Shown here one piece after another: positions 12,001 to 24,000 of a stretch of DNA of 64,000 nt. This stretch comes from Convolutriloba macropyga (taxonomy: Eukaryota). The stretch covers positions 7,502,001-7,566,000 of the forward strand of contig NC_134470.1 in the NCBI RefSeq assembly GCF_964194025.1, written 5' to 3'. How positions within the stretch are numbered: position 1 is the stretch's first letter; each line of letters begins with the position of its first letter. Position numbers and translations under genes: made by a program. The notes below the pieces were generated by a model. It searched no databases. It had not been told where the DNA came from and saw only the letters and a list, made by a program, of their open reading frames with translations.

Positions 12001-15000
12001 AATCTTCGTTTGCATTTTTTCAAGGTAACAAAATTTGTAATTCAAGTGACGACCATTATTGTGATACTGTGAAAAGAGAACAAAAACCTACAAAAAAGGG
12101 GAAAATATGCAAAAAACACGAAAATTGGTTTTATGAAAACTGGTTGTTCCAAAAAGACAGACCATTTGAGGAAAAAAACCATAATGAAGAGCAATTTTGA
12201 TTTCAATAGATAAATGATGTGATCTGTATATAGAGATGCTCAGCTAAAATTTAACAGAAATAGAATTGGCCGATCTCAAAAAACTATCTCTTTTTTTAAA
12301 AAAACAAATATTTTCAAAATTCATAGCCAAGAAACGCTTTCGACTAAAAGATTAGACAGTTTGTCTTGCAACTATTCGGAAAATTAATTGCGACTGTTAT
12401 TAATGAGACTAAATCATAAGACTTTAAAAATAACATTAAATACAAGCTGAACTAATAAGTCTCACAAACAAATTTAAGAAAACCACAGTTTTGAAGCCAT
12501 TAAATTTAAAAGAAATTAATCGCGAGAAAATAATATCCTCATTTGCGTCTCATTCGACCATCATAACGTCTTTATGTAAAACGACTATCATAAAATGACA
12601 ACAAAAAAACCACAAAAAATGAAAAGTATCTAAACTTTACAAAATACTTCTGAAACAAATTGTCTAAGCCCTGAAGACATCAATTAAAACGTTTAAGCAA
12701 CAGAATAATTATTGTCTGATACAACAAAGCATTAGGAAAAGCTCTAATTAAGGATGCTATATTACGAAAATGATACAACATTGTATAAAACGAAAAAAAC
12801 GCAAAACAGAACAAAAAGGAGAAGTTGAACACTATTACTCTTTTTTTTTAAATTTAATTCGAAAGTCAAAACAACCATTAGCTATTTACCGATATCAGTT
12901 ATTAAGTTCATTTGTTTATTCATAGTTGGCCACTGAGACCTTTAATTACACAAAACTTGGCATATGACAACAAAAATTAACAATAAATATCGGGCAAAAA
13001 TAAAAAAAACTCTACCAATTTCTGCAAGAGAACGGTGTCGCAGCCATTCAAGCCATTCGTTTAAAAAAACAAAAATTATGTTCAGTTTCAAATGTTTTAA
13101 AGTTTTGTCAGGTAGATTTTAAAATAATATTACAATTTACAAAAGAAACAAACAGCACAAAAAATTGGAAACTATGCACAAAAATAAGAAAATTTTGTAT
13201 GAAAACTTGTAGTACCAAAAGCAAGAAAACCTTCTGTTATAACAATCGGCCACAAAATTAGTTCGTATTCTATCCGGAGGAACGATTGACCTGTACTTAC
13301 TGAGAATAAACAAAATGTTGACTAAAATAATATAAAAAATTGTTAAGTTCAAAAAATCACAGAAATTTCCTTAAAACAAACACATTCAATAACATAAGAG
13401 ACATTAGGTGACAACCGAATGAATAGAAACATTTCACTTGCATCTCTGAGAGGTTAAACTTAAAAATCAGACTGGCAAAAGAATAGCAATTTAAGGCAAA
13501 AGACAAGAATTCAGTTAAATTTTACTAAAGCTCTTGCTCAAAGCCAAAAAAGTCCTTTGGTTCTCTGAAAACAAACCTTATCTACATTTGGCCTCGAATT
13601 TACGTTATTTGAAGCTGTCATTAACGGAGCCGTGGAAAAACATTTTTTCAGTACTAAACCTTAAAAAAAACAAAGGCAAATTATTTTGAAAAAAAGGCAG
13701 CATCAAAATGAAAACCAAAAAGTCTGATTCTAAGAAAACTTGATATTGTCGAACCTCTACCTGATTTTGCGTGGAATTCTCCAAATATTAAAAAAAAAAG
13801 AAGGATGCATTTTGTATATTTATCGAGTTAAATCTGCAAAAAACGGCAAAGTTTAAATTCCAGAAGACTTTCACACGTTGCCTGATTGCAACTAGTGCTC
13901 TTTTTGAGATTAGGGAGTCTGTTTTAAGGTTTCTAGGTCACTAAATTTTGCAAACTTTAACAAAATGGACCAAAAAAGCATATTTTGTGCCCTTTTTGAT
14001 GAAAGTTTGAATTTTGAAAATTTTAGCCAAAAGAAACTTCAATCTAACAATTCAGCAACGCTCTTCTACCTCTAGCGGTAAAAAAAAGCACTTTGCCGTT
14101 AAAAATTTTAACTTATTTTGAGCTAAATTAGCGAAATTGTGCCAAATTTTAGCAAAAATTTCTGAAAATATGAACAAAAACAGTCGAATGTTCACAAAAC
14201 ATTAAACCTCGATAACTCCCTTTTTAATTCCTTATTAAAAATCTTTTTAATTCCGTATTCTACGCTGGACGGGCCTTTCAATGATACCACTCACAATTCT
14301 CTACGATGATTATATCGATCGGCCAAAATTGACTGAACAAAAAAAAACAGTTGAGTATATAGTTCCTCCGCCCCACTAAAGTGGAGGTCGGTACAATAAA
14401 ATATCTTTCTCAAAAATTTCATCGATTTAATTGTTTTGGAAACCTGAAATTGGTAAAGTTCAGAATTACAATTTTTAAAACAAATTCTGTTTTTCCTTAA
14501 GCATTCTTGACTTATAATAATTCAATATTTTCTAAGTTTGCTTTGTATAACCGAAGCATAAAGTGTAAAATTACGGCCAATAGGAAGCGTTTTTTTGAAC
14601 TTATTATGGTCCATCAATGGGAAACTTTAGCTCTTTTGGAATTATGATGATTCAAAGATTTGAAATTCGTCTTCTATGAAATTATATTTATCCATCGATC
14701 AGAATTTTGGCTTCTAAGAAATAACCTCGATCCATCGACGGGAATTTCCGCTTCTATGAATTTACGATGATCCTCTTATAGAAAATTTTTGCAATGAATT
14801 TACTCTGATTCATCTATGAAGTTACGCTGATCCATTGATGAAAACAATTGGAACCACAACCTGGGTTAAAACTGCGCATGTTTTACAGTTTCATCAGTGA
14901 AATTTCGGAAAATCAACTACAGCTGCTGGTTACACTAAGGAAATGCGGAAATGCCTACGCCAATCGATCAGAGTCAATAGTTTTTTCATAAATCTTCCTC

Positions 15001-18000
15001 TGTTATTTTTGTGTCTGACAGTTTGGTCTCTGATAATAAAATCACCTTATAGTCTTAACTTCGTTCACGGTTGCCATCGATGTTGAATCAACATCGATGG
15101 CAACCGTGAACGAAGTTAAGACTATAAGGTGATTTTATTATCAGAGACCAAACTGTCAGACACAAAAATAACAGAGGAAGATTTATGAAAAAACTATTGA
15201 CTCTGATCGATTGGCGTAGGCGTTTCCGCATTTCCTTAGTGTAACCAGCAGCTGTGGTTGATTTTCTGAAATTTCACTGGTTAAACTGTAAAACATGCGC
15301 AGTTTTAACCCAGGTTGTGGTTCTAATGGTTTTCATCAATGGATCAGCGTAACTTGATGGATGAATCAGAGTAAATTTTTAGCAAACATTTTCTATAAGA
15401 GGATCACCGTAATTTCATAGAAGAGGAAGTTCCCATCGATGGATCAAAGTTAATTCTTAAGTCAACGTTAACGTTAAAATCAAAGTTAACTTAAGTTCTC
15501 ATTGATGGATCATAAAATCAGTTGGATGCAAGTAAAACTGGAAAGTGTTGAAAGGACACAAAATTAAGTATATGCAAAACGCAAGTGTAATTTGCATTTT
15601 GCATATACTTACGGCAACTATATGCAAAATGCAAGAATAATTTGAAATATATTACCACAAGGTTTAAAAATTCTAGGAAAATGCAAGTATAATTTGAAAA
15701 TAGATTACCACAAGATTTCAAAACCTAGGTTGGAGGGGTCGATTTTTCGCTCAATCGTATAGAAAAAGTGTTTTAAAGTCAAACTTTTTGATAAAACTTA
15801 AATATCTGGTTTTGTGAAATTTTGGAACCTTCTCTGTCGTCATCTTCAAGGAATAGCTTTGCACCACAGGATGTGATTTATTTCGGTCTGGTGACCGCAC
15901 GAAAGTCTGGACATGGACGCACTAAAATTTTGGTGTTGAACGCACGAATTTAATTTGCAGCGCACGATGATCTGGACATGAACGCACGAATATCTGGACA
16001 TATACCGTTTCGGTCTGGGATGATCTGGACATATTTGCCTCCGAACGCACGGAGAACGCACGAAAAGTTTTGAACGCACGATAGTCTGGACATATCCACT
16101 TTCCGTCTGGGACGGTCTGGACATAGGCATTTTCCCTCTGGGCCTATCTGGACATATCCACTTTGGGTCGCGCACCTCAGCCTGGGTACAGAAGAAAATT
16201 TCGAAGATGTGAAAATTTTTTGTTTTTGCACCACAAAAGAATTTTTTTGGTTTTTAAAATATTTTTGTGACTAATACTGCAATGAATCAGCTTATGGTGA
16301 TTGGGATCGTGAACCCCACTTATATGCTTCAATTGCTCGTCTACTTGAATATAACAAATGCCATGATCAGAACTCTAAAAAAATCATAGTAAAAATCAGA
16401 ATGCAAATTTCATGATTCAATACTGAAATATTATGACACCCAGATGTGGGATGCCACATTAAAAAAAGAAGAGTTAATGCGGTTGAAGGTTACCTTATCC
16501 TCAATACTTAGACTCCTTCTCCTCGTGGTTTAATAAACAACATATTACCCTTTGTCAGAGTGTTCTGAACATCTCAGTTGTTTCTCTTTCACCTGGGCCA
16601 TGTCTGACCTCCTCAATTCGTAGTAATAGAGACACTTGAGCAAAGACATGTTCCCGGGACCACCCATTTTAGAATGGCACTTTGTGAAATATTCTGGATC
16701 ATGGTCAAAACCTGAAACAGAGAACGCAAACGTTCTTCTAAACAGGGTACAAATATGTCATCTGCAGCTCTAAATTTCCACGCAGAAAGGCCCCAAAAGG
16801 GGTCTTCTAGATGGTAAAATATCTGGGGGTAGATTTAATATTTTGATCATAAGTAAGATTGCTGCAGCAATATCTGGTGAAATTATATAAACGTTATCCA
16901 ATTTTTGTATAGTTCATTTATTCATAGATTTCAATTTTGTGTTTCGGAAATTCAAAAAATTTTATGCAGATCAATATTTAACTGCAAGTTGTCATATAAC
17001 CATACAATTTATTCTATTCTTTTTCGATTTCACGGCAAAGTTCTAATTTTTAATTCAGTACAATTTTTGGATAATTTCTCAATTTTTATTTAGATGAAAA
17101 ATTATAATTTTTATAAGTCACAAGAGTTTTTAAAATTTTTCAATTTTAAATAACTTTTAACCTTTCTTTAGAAAGTAACCGTTAGATATTCCGCTCTTTT
17201 GAACCACAGGTTGGATGTCATTAGTATAGCATTTGCTAGTCGGCGACTTGCGTGAAAACCTAGACAAAAAAATTTGCGAGATAGGCGGATTCACTCATTT
17301 TACAGAGTGATCATTTTATGATCAGATTAATGAATCTCGAAAGTAGTTTATCTTCTTGGGGGAAAAGACAAGAACACATTCAAGTTTTGCGAAACAGATT
17401 TTGTTACTAATTTCGTGAGAGCCATTAGCCAACTATGTTTATCAGCAAAAGCAAACAAAAGAACCAAGAAGATTATGAAATACCTCTAAAGCATCACGAA
17501 GTTGAATGGATTAGATTTACAATTTCTTCAACTGTTACCTACACTCATGGAAAATATTGAAAGAGACTATTTGGATGAGAGCATTTATTTTTTGATGATA
17601 TTCAATACTTTGTTGTTCTTACCAGAACCAGGCTTGATCATTTGGTTAAATGGGAGTTCCAAAAACAAAAAAGAACTCACAATGGGTACTATTTTAGTTT
17701 CACTCATTTTCTTCTAAAACAAGTATTTCAATGATGAGAACATACTTTTGAAGAATGATTTTGGATTTTTTCGCCTTGTTCGACAAATTAAATAAGGAAA
17801 TATTGATGGGCTGTAGTTGTCATTAAAAACACTCTAAGCCATGCAATTGATCAGTAAAACATTAATTGAATTTCCAAAAGAAACAAGAACGATTTTTGAA
17901 TCAAGGATTGAAGACTGTACAAAGAATGGACAAATTTTCTTATAAAGTTTAAACAAAATAGCTTTCAACAAAACTTTTCAATTTGCCATCAGAAAAAAGA

Positions 18001-21000
18001 CAGTCATAAATTTTAGAAATCGCTGATCAAAGTTAAAGTCTAAACAAAATACACAAAGTGACGTAAGAAAAATGATGCAGAGGTCATTGCGACAGAAACT
18101 AGAACTGTTACTTATTTGTGTGCTGCCTGAAACCGTTATTATGTTTGTTACGCAAAATTTGATCAACATCGAAAAATTTTTGTCAAAACATTATTTTTCT
18201 GTTGTCTGATAACTTAGTAGACGAGCCATGAAACTACTAAGAAATCATAATCAGTCAAACATTTTACAGAAGGAACTCTTTCTAGCATTTTGGGGTATAC
18301 GAAGAAGTTGTATCCTCCTGACAATGGTCGTTTTCCTATGATGTGCCTCTAAGCTAAATAATTAAAAAGTATTTACCACGTAATAGAGGATTTATAATAG
18401 CACTTATCGCAATTGTCTTTTGCATTTTTGAGCGAGAGTTTTTAAGCAACTTTTATACGAATAGTTGACCTAACCCACTTTTTTTTATTCTGCATCATTG
18501 CAGAAGGGAGAAAGAGATTGAAACAGAAATTTTAGAGACTTTATCTGAGAAAAACTTCATTATTTTTGGAAGCAGTAGATTTGTGCGCGAAGCAGCAACT
18601 TTTCGCAACTCTAGTTTTGGAATAGTCATTTAAATCTTGAGTCGCCATATATACAGCTTTAAAAAATATACAGATGAATTTTTATCATATAATGCGCAAT
18701 AACTTAAATCAGCAAAAAATTCAAGAGTGTAAAATAATTTTTTTCCATAGGTTTTTCTTACCTTTTGTAATATCTCGACTGATAATTCCACGAAAATAAT
18801 GCAAAATTTATGTTCTTAAGTGAACTGTAATGGATAACATGACCACACAAAAACATAAAAATTTCTGGAATTTCTGTAAAAGGCAGAACGTTCAATTGAA
18901 ACCGTATAACAAATTTATGAAGATGATTGATGAGCAATTTTCTCCACTTAATGGTTAAAAAGTACTCCAAAAATCAAATCTAGTTTCTACTAACAGTCGC
19001 CTGGGTAATTTGTTTACAATTATTTTGATAATTTATTAATCAACTAAATTCACATTATGGTTTTTCAAGAAAAATTTGAACAAGACATACTTAATGAAAA
19101 CAATTTATATAATGATCTTCAGTCATGTAAAAGTAAACCAACACATACTTCAGCAATTAATACAACAAATTCACTTTTTTTTAAACAAGTACAAATGTTT
19201 TAACCACCAAAATGATACATAAACTTGGTACAAAACAATGTAAATCATGCAAGTATTTGCAAAAATGTTGAATGTTGGTCAATCTTTGAAATTAAATTAC
19301 TAATTAAAATAATTCGATTAATAAATTTTTTGCCTTCTAGATGAATGCAAAAAAAACAACTTCCTAAATGTTAAACAAACTGTTTAAAAAAATAGACAGT
19401 GCTCTACTCAACTCTTTTTTAAGCCAATTGTGCACCAAAAACAGTCTATTGTAATCATATTCGTTCACAACTCTTCAAATTCTATGATTTTTCACGCCCC
19501 GCTGCTAACTCAAATAAAATCTTATATCACTAGCTGATGAAAATTTTCCATGCAAAATCTCACAATTTTCTTGAAAAGGGTTGACTTGGCGCTTCTGTTT
19601 TCTTAAAGTTATGAATATGACGAACTAGAATTGTTTCTTATTTGACGCGAGCAAATTTCATATTTTCATTCCATTGTGTAAATAAACTATTACTTGTTTT
19701 GAGCTCAGAATTTTTCGTATAGCCTAATAGGATGTGCGAATAGCTATCACAATTTTTATGTATCCTTATGATATGCTAAAGTCACATTTACGGAGGGTCA
19801 CAATCTGCCGGAGGGGGAGGAGAGGAACAGTTCCAACAATTTTAATTTTGATATTGCAGTAACAGAATATTAAAGTTTTAGATAAATACTATCATTTTTT
19901 TTAACATGAGCTCCTAGCGATCAAAAGTAATGCAGTTCACATTTATCATGAAATCTCACGAATTAAATTTTTTGCATCATTTTTCTAATCAGCAATTTTC
20001 AAGTCACATCGCATTTTTTTGTATTTAAAAAACGCTTTTAAAGTTTTCAGTTGAATACTACCACCTACCAACTGCAAGTAGTGTGAAAAATCGCAGTGAG
20101 ATCATTTTAAGCTTGTCGTACAATTGCATAATGTGAGATCTGAACTGTTCGCTTGGCCACTGAAGAGAATAAGTGTCAATATCTGCTGGGCGACATTGGA
20201 ATCCCTCTTTCAGATCAGGAGGGTTGTCTGGAACGGGGTATTCGATCTGAAATAAATCGTGGATGTCAAAGACATTGTAAAACTTGAAAAATTTTCAGCT
20301 CTCATTATTGAAAGTCAGAGATTCGAAGAGTCAGTAAACTGAAAGTTTTTCAGTAATGGCAATCTCCAGATTTTGATAGCTGTTTGAAAATGCTGATAAT
20401 TTAGGCAGAATTTGATGTTTTCATTCTGAATTTTTTTTGAGGAAAATGAAATTTGAAGCGATATTAAAAAGAATCCACTATAATTGACATTATCTTATAT
20501 GACGTCATCAAGGTAATTGCATAGAAAATCGGCAGTAATCACCTGTTTCCCAGGTTGATATCGCAGACAGAGAAACCTCTGATCAGATCAAATATCTGAG
20601 CAGAGTTTTATTCTCTCAAAGTGCGGTCGAAGACAACTCTGAACAGACTGTCCATGGTCAAAAAGATCTCTGATCAGAAAATTTACGCACCATTTTCTAA
20701 GCTTTCGTGCAACCTTGCTCCAGACCGTTGTCAAGACAATCTTGAGTTCAAAACTGACTCTGATCAAACTTTTTACGGGCGAAATTGTCTCTGATTAGTC
20801 CAACAATATAATATTACGAGACCAAAGACATTCAACTGCTGTTTAATGCAGAGTGTCTACTTACCTCTCTATGTGATCTGGCTTTATACAAAATTTAGTT
20901 GGATTAAGGTATTAAATTTTTGTTTTCTTGTTCCGATCCCTCTTGAGGGGGAGTAACTATATACTCAACTGGGTTTTTCTTGTTTAGACAGTTCTGACCG

Positions 21001-24000
21001 TTCGATAGTTTCATCATCGAGAGTTTAGAGTGGTATCATTATAAAGCCCGTCTAGTGTGGGATATGGAAATAAAAAAATGTTACTGAATTTCGTTTTCTG
21101 GAGCGAGTAATCGAGGTTTAAATTCATTAACTAACAAATTTTCTATTTATATAGCATTTGAAACAATCAAGTGTTCCTAATGGACGAACAGCATTACAGC
21201 ATTAGCAAGGCTAATTTTGGACTAACCTTAGAGTGTTGCAATCCAAAAACGATTCGAATTGTAATCAGTCTGTTTTTAAAAAAAATCGCACATTTGTATG
21301 TTAATTAAAGAACAGAACAATTCAAATCAAAGCTCACTGGTGACAGGTCCAACTGCCTTACTAAGAAGTTTCAAATTATTTTATCTATTATATTACTCGA
21401 AAGCTTGTGGTCATTTTGACTTTTAAAACCTTTTGGTTTTTGATCAAACAATAACTTTTCGACATTTGCCACAATATTTCTCTAAGTTTTGCCACAATGT
21501 AATTCAATCGTTATTTTGTTTTCATAAGTTAAAATATGCTTTCTGGCTGCAATTTTACCAGATTTCACTATTTTCTTTATATTTTTAGTTATTTGCCCAT
21601 TTTACACGTATTGTTTAGTTGGATTAAAGGCATTAATTTTGTTTTCTTGTTCCGACCCCTCTTCGGGGTGAGTAACTATAGACTCAACTGGGTTCTTTCT
21701 TGTTCGGACAACCTAGAAAGATCGATATATTCATCGTCGAGTGTTTTGAGTGGCATCATTAAAAAGCCCGTCCAGCGTAGGATATGGAAATAAAATTATT
21801 TTATTGAATTTCGTTTTCTGGAGCGAGTTATCGAGGTTTAAATTTTATGTGAATATTGACATTGATTTGCGTTATTTTTATTCACATTTTCTGGACGTTT
21901 TGGGCCTACAGTGTAGTCATTTTTGCAAAAATATGTTAAAATTGTTAGAATAGTGTTGTTGATTTGATTTTAAAAACAAAAAAGTACTGTTGACTATTTT
22001 GGTTTAATTTTCTGGCAAAAAATTTGGCTAAGTTTTTCAAAAGTCAGCCTTTTCTTCACCTTAACCTTTGTTAATTCCAATGGCGGCTATTTCTACTTCC
22101 TCTTCCATTGAAAGTGCATTTCTCATTGAGAGTGCACCTTAATTAAAAACTTTTTCGTTATTTCAATAACTTTACTTGATGATAATCAAAAACAAACCAT
22201 ATATTTTTCTTTTTTGAACTTACAAATATTCTATATCTATAACATTTTCAACAATTAAGTGTTCCTAACGGACAAACAGCATTAGAATGGCTAGTTTTGG
22301 ACTAACCTTACTACCTTTAGACTGTTGCGATCCAAAAACGATTCAGATAGTAATCAATCGGTCCTTTAAAAGATTCGCTCATTTGTATGTTAATTAATGA
22401 ACAGAACAATTCAAATCAAAATTCACTGGTTATAGGTCCAACTGGCTTCCTAAGAAGCTTTAAATTATTCCATCTAGTATTTTAGTTCAAAACCTGTGGT
22501 CATTTTGACCTTGAAAACCATTTGGTTTTTGAATAAACAATGGCTTTGCGACATTTTCCACAATATTTCTCTAAATGTTGTCAACATGTAGCTTAATGTC
22601 ATCAGAGAAAGTACTTGTCAACGTCTGCTGGGCGACTTTGGAAACCCTCTTTCAGATCAGGAGGGTCTTCAGGAAGTGGTTACTTGATCTGAGATAAATC
22701 GTGGATGCCAAAGAGAAAGGAAAATTTGAAACTCTTTCAGCTCTCATTATTGCAAGTCGGAGAATTGAAGAGTCAATCAGCTGAAATTTTTTCAGTAATG
22801 GCAATCTCCAAATTTTGATATTTGTTTGAAAATGCATATATTTAGGCAGAAGTTTATGTTTTTTTCTGATTTTTATTGAGTGTAATTGATATTTTTTATT
22901 CTGACTTTTATTGAGTGTAATTGATATTATCATTTTTCACGCCATCAAAGTAAAGGCATAGAATATCCGCTGTAATCACCTCTGTCTCCCAGGTTGACAT
23001 CGCAAACAGAAAAGCTCTGATCAGATCTGATATCTGAGAAGAATTTCAATCTCTAAAAGTGCTGTCGAAATCAACTCTGAACAGACTGTCCCAAGACAGA
23101 TTGATCTCTGATCAGAATATTTTCAGACCATTTTCTAAGTTTTCGTGCGACTATGCTCCAGACCGTTGTGAAGACAATCATGAGTTCGAAACTGACTCTG
23201 ATCAAACTTTCTACGCGGGAAATTGTCTCTGAGCAGGCCAACAAAATGATATTACGAGATCAAAGACAATCAACTGCTGTTCACTGTAGAATTTCTCTTT
23301 ACTTCTGTGTTCTGGGTTTATACAAAATTTAGTTGGATTAATGGTATTGAGCTTCTGTTTTCTTGTTCCGACATTTCTTGGGGGGAGTAACTATATACTC
23401 AACTGGGTTTTGCTTGTTCAGACTGTTCTGGCTGTTCGATATTTCAATCGTCAAGAGTTTCGAGTGGTATCATTAAAAAGCCCGTCCAGCGTGGGATGTG
23501 GAAATAAAGATGTTATAGAATTTCATTTTCTGGAGCAAGTTGTCGAGGTTAAATTTTATTAACTAAGTAATTTTATCTATCTATAGCATTTGAAATAATC
23601 AAGTGTTCCAGAACGATTCGGATTGTAATCAATCGGTCCTTTAAAAGATTCGCTCATTTGTATGTTAATTAAAGAACAGCACAGTTCAAATCAAAATTCA
23701 CTGGTAATAGGTCCAATTGACTTCCTAAGAAGTTTCAAATTATTGCATCTAATATTTTACTTAAAAGCTTTTGGTCATTTTGATTTTTAAAACCATTTAA
23801 CGATGGCTTTTCGACATTTGCCACAATTTTTCTCTAAGTTTGGCCAACATGTAGCTTATTGTCATCAGAGAAAGAAACTACATTTTTCTACTGACTTAAA
23901 ATTTAATCGTTATATTGTTTTTAAGAGCTAAAATAAGCTTTTCCGGCTTTGAATTTACCAGATTTCACAACTTTCTTTTTTTATTTTTAGTTATTTGCCC

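Noticed and set aside
8386-16234. Short repetitive ORFs at 8386-8740 and 15846-16234
   Set aside because: Products of short-unit DNA repeats
18758-18970. Candidate exon 2 of paralog A (has a GTAAG donor-like site)
   Set aside because: No similarity to the paralogous exon; the true 178-bp exon 2 is at 20069-20246
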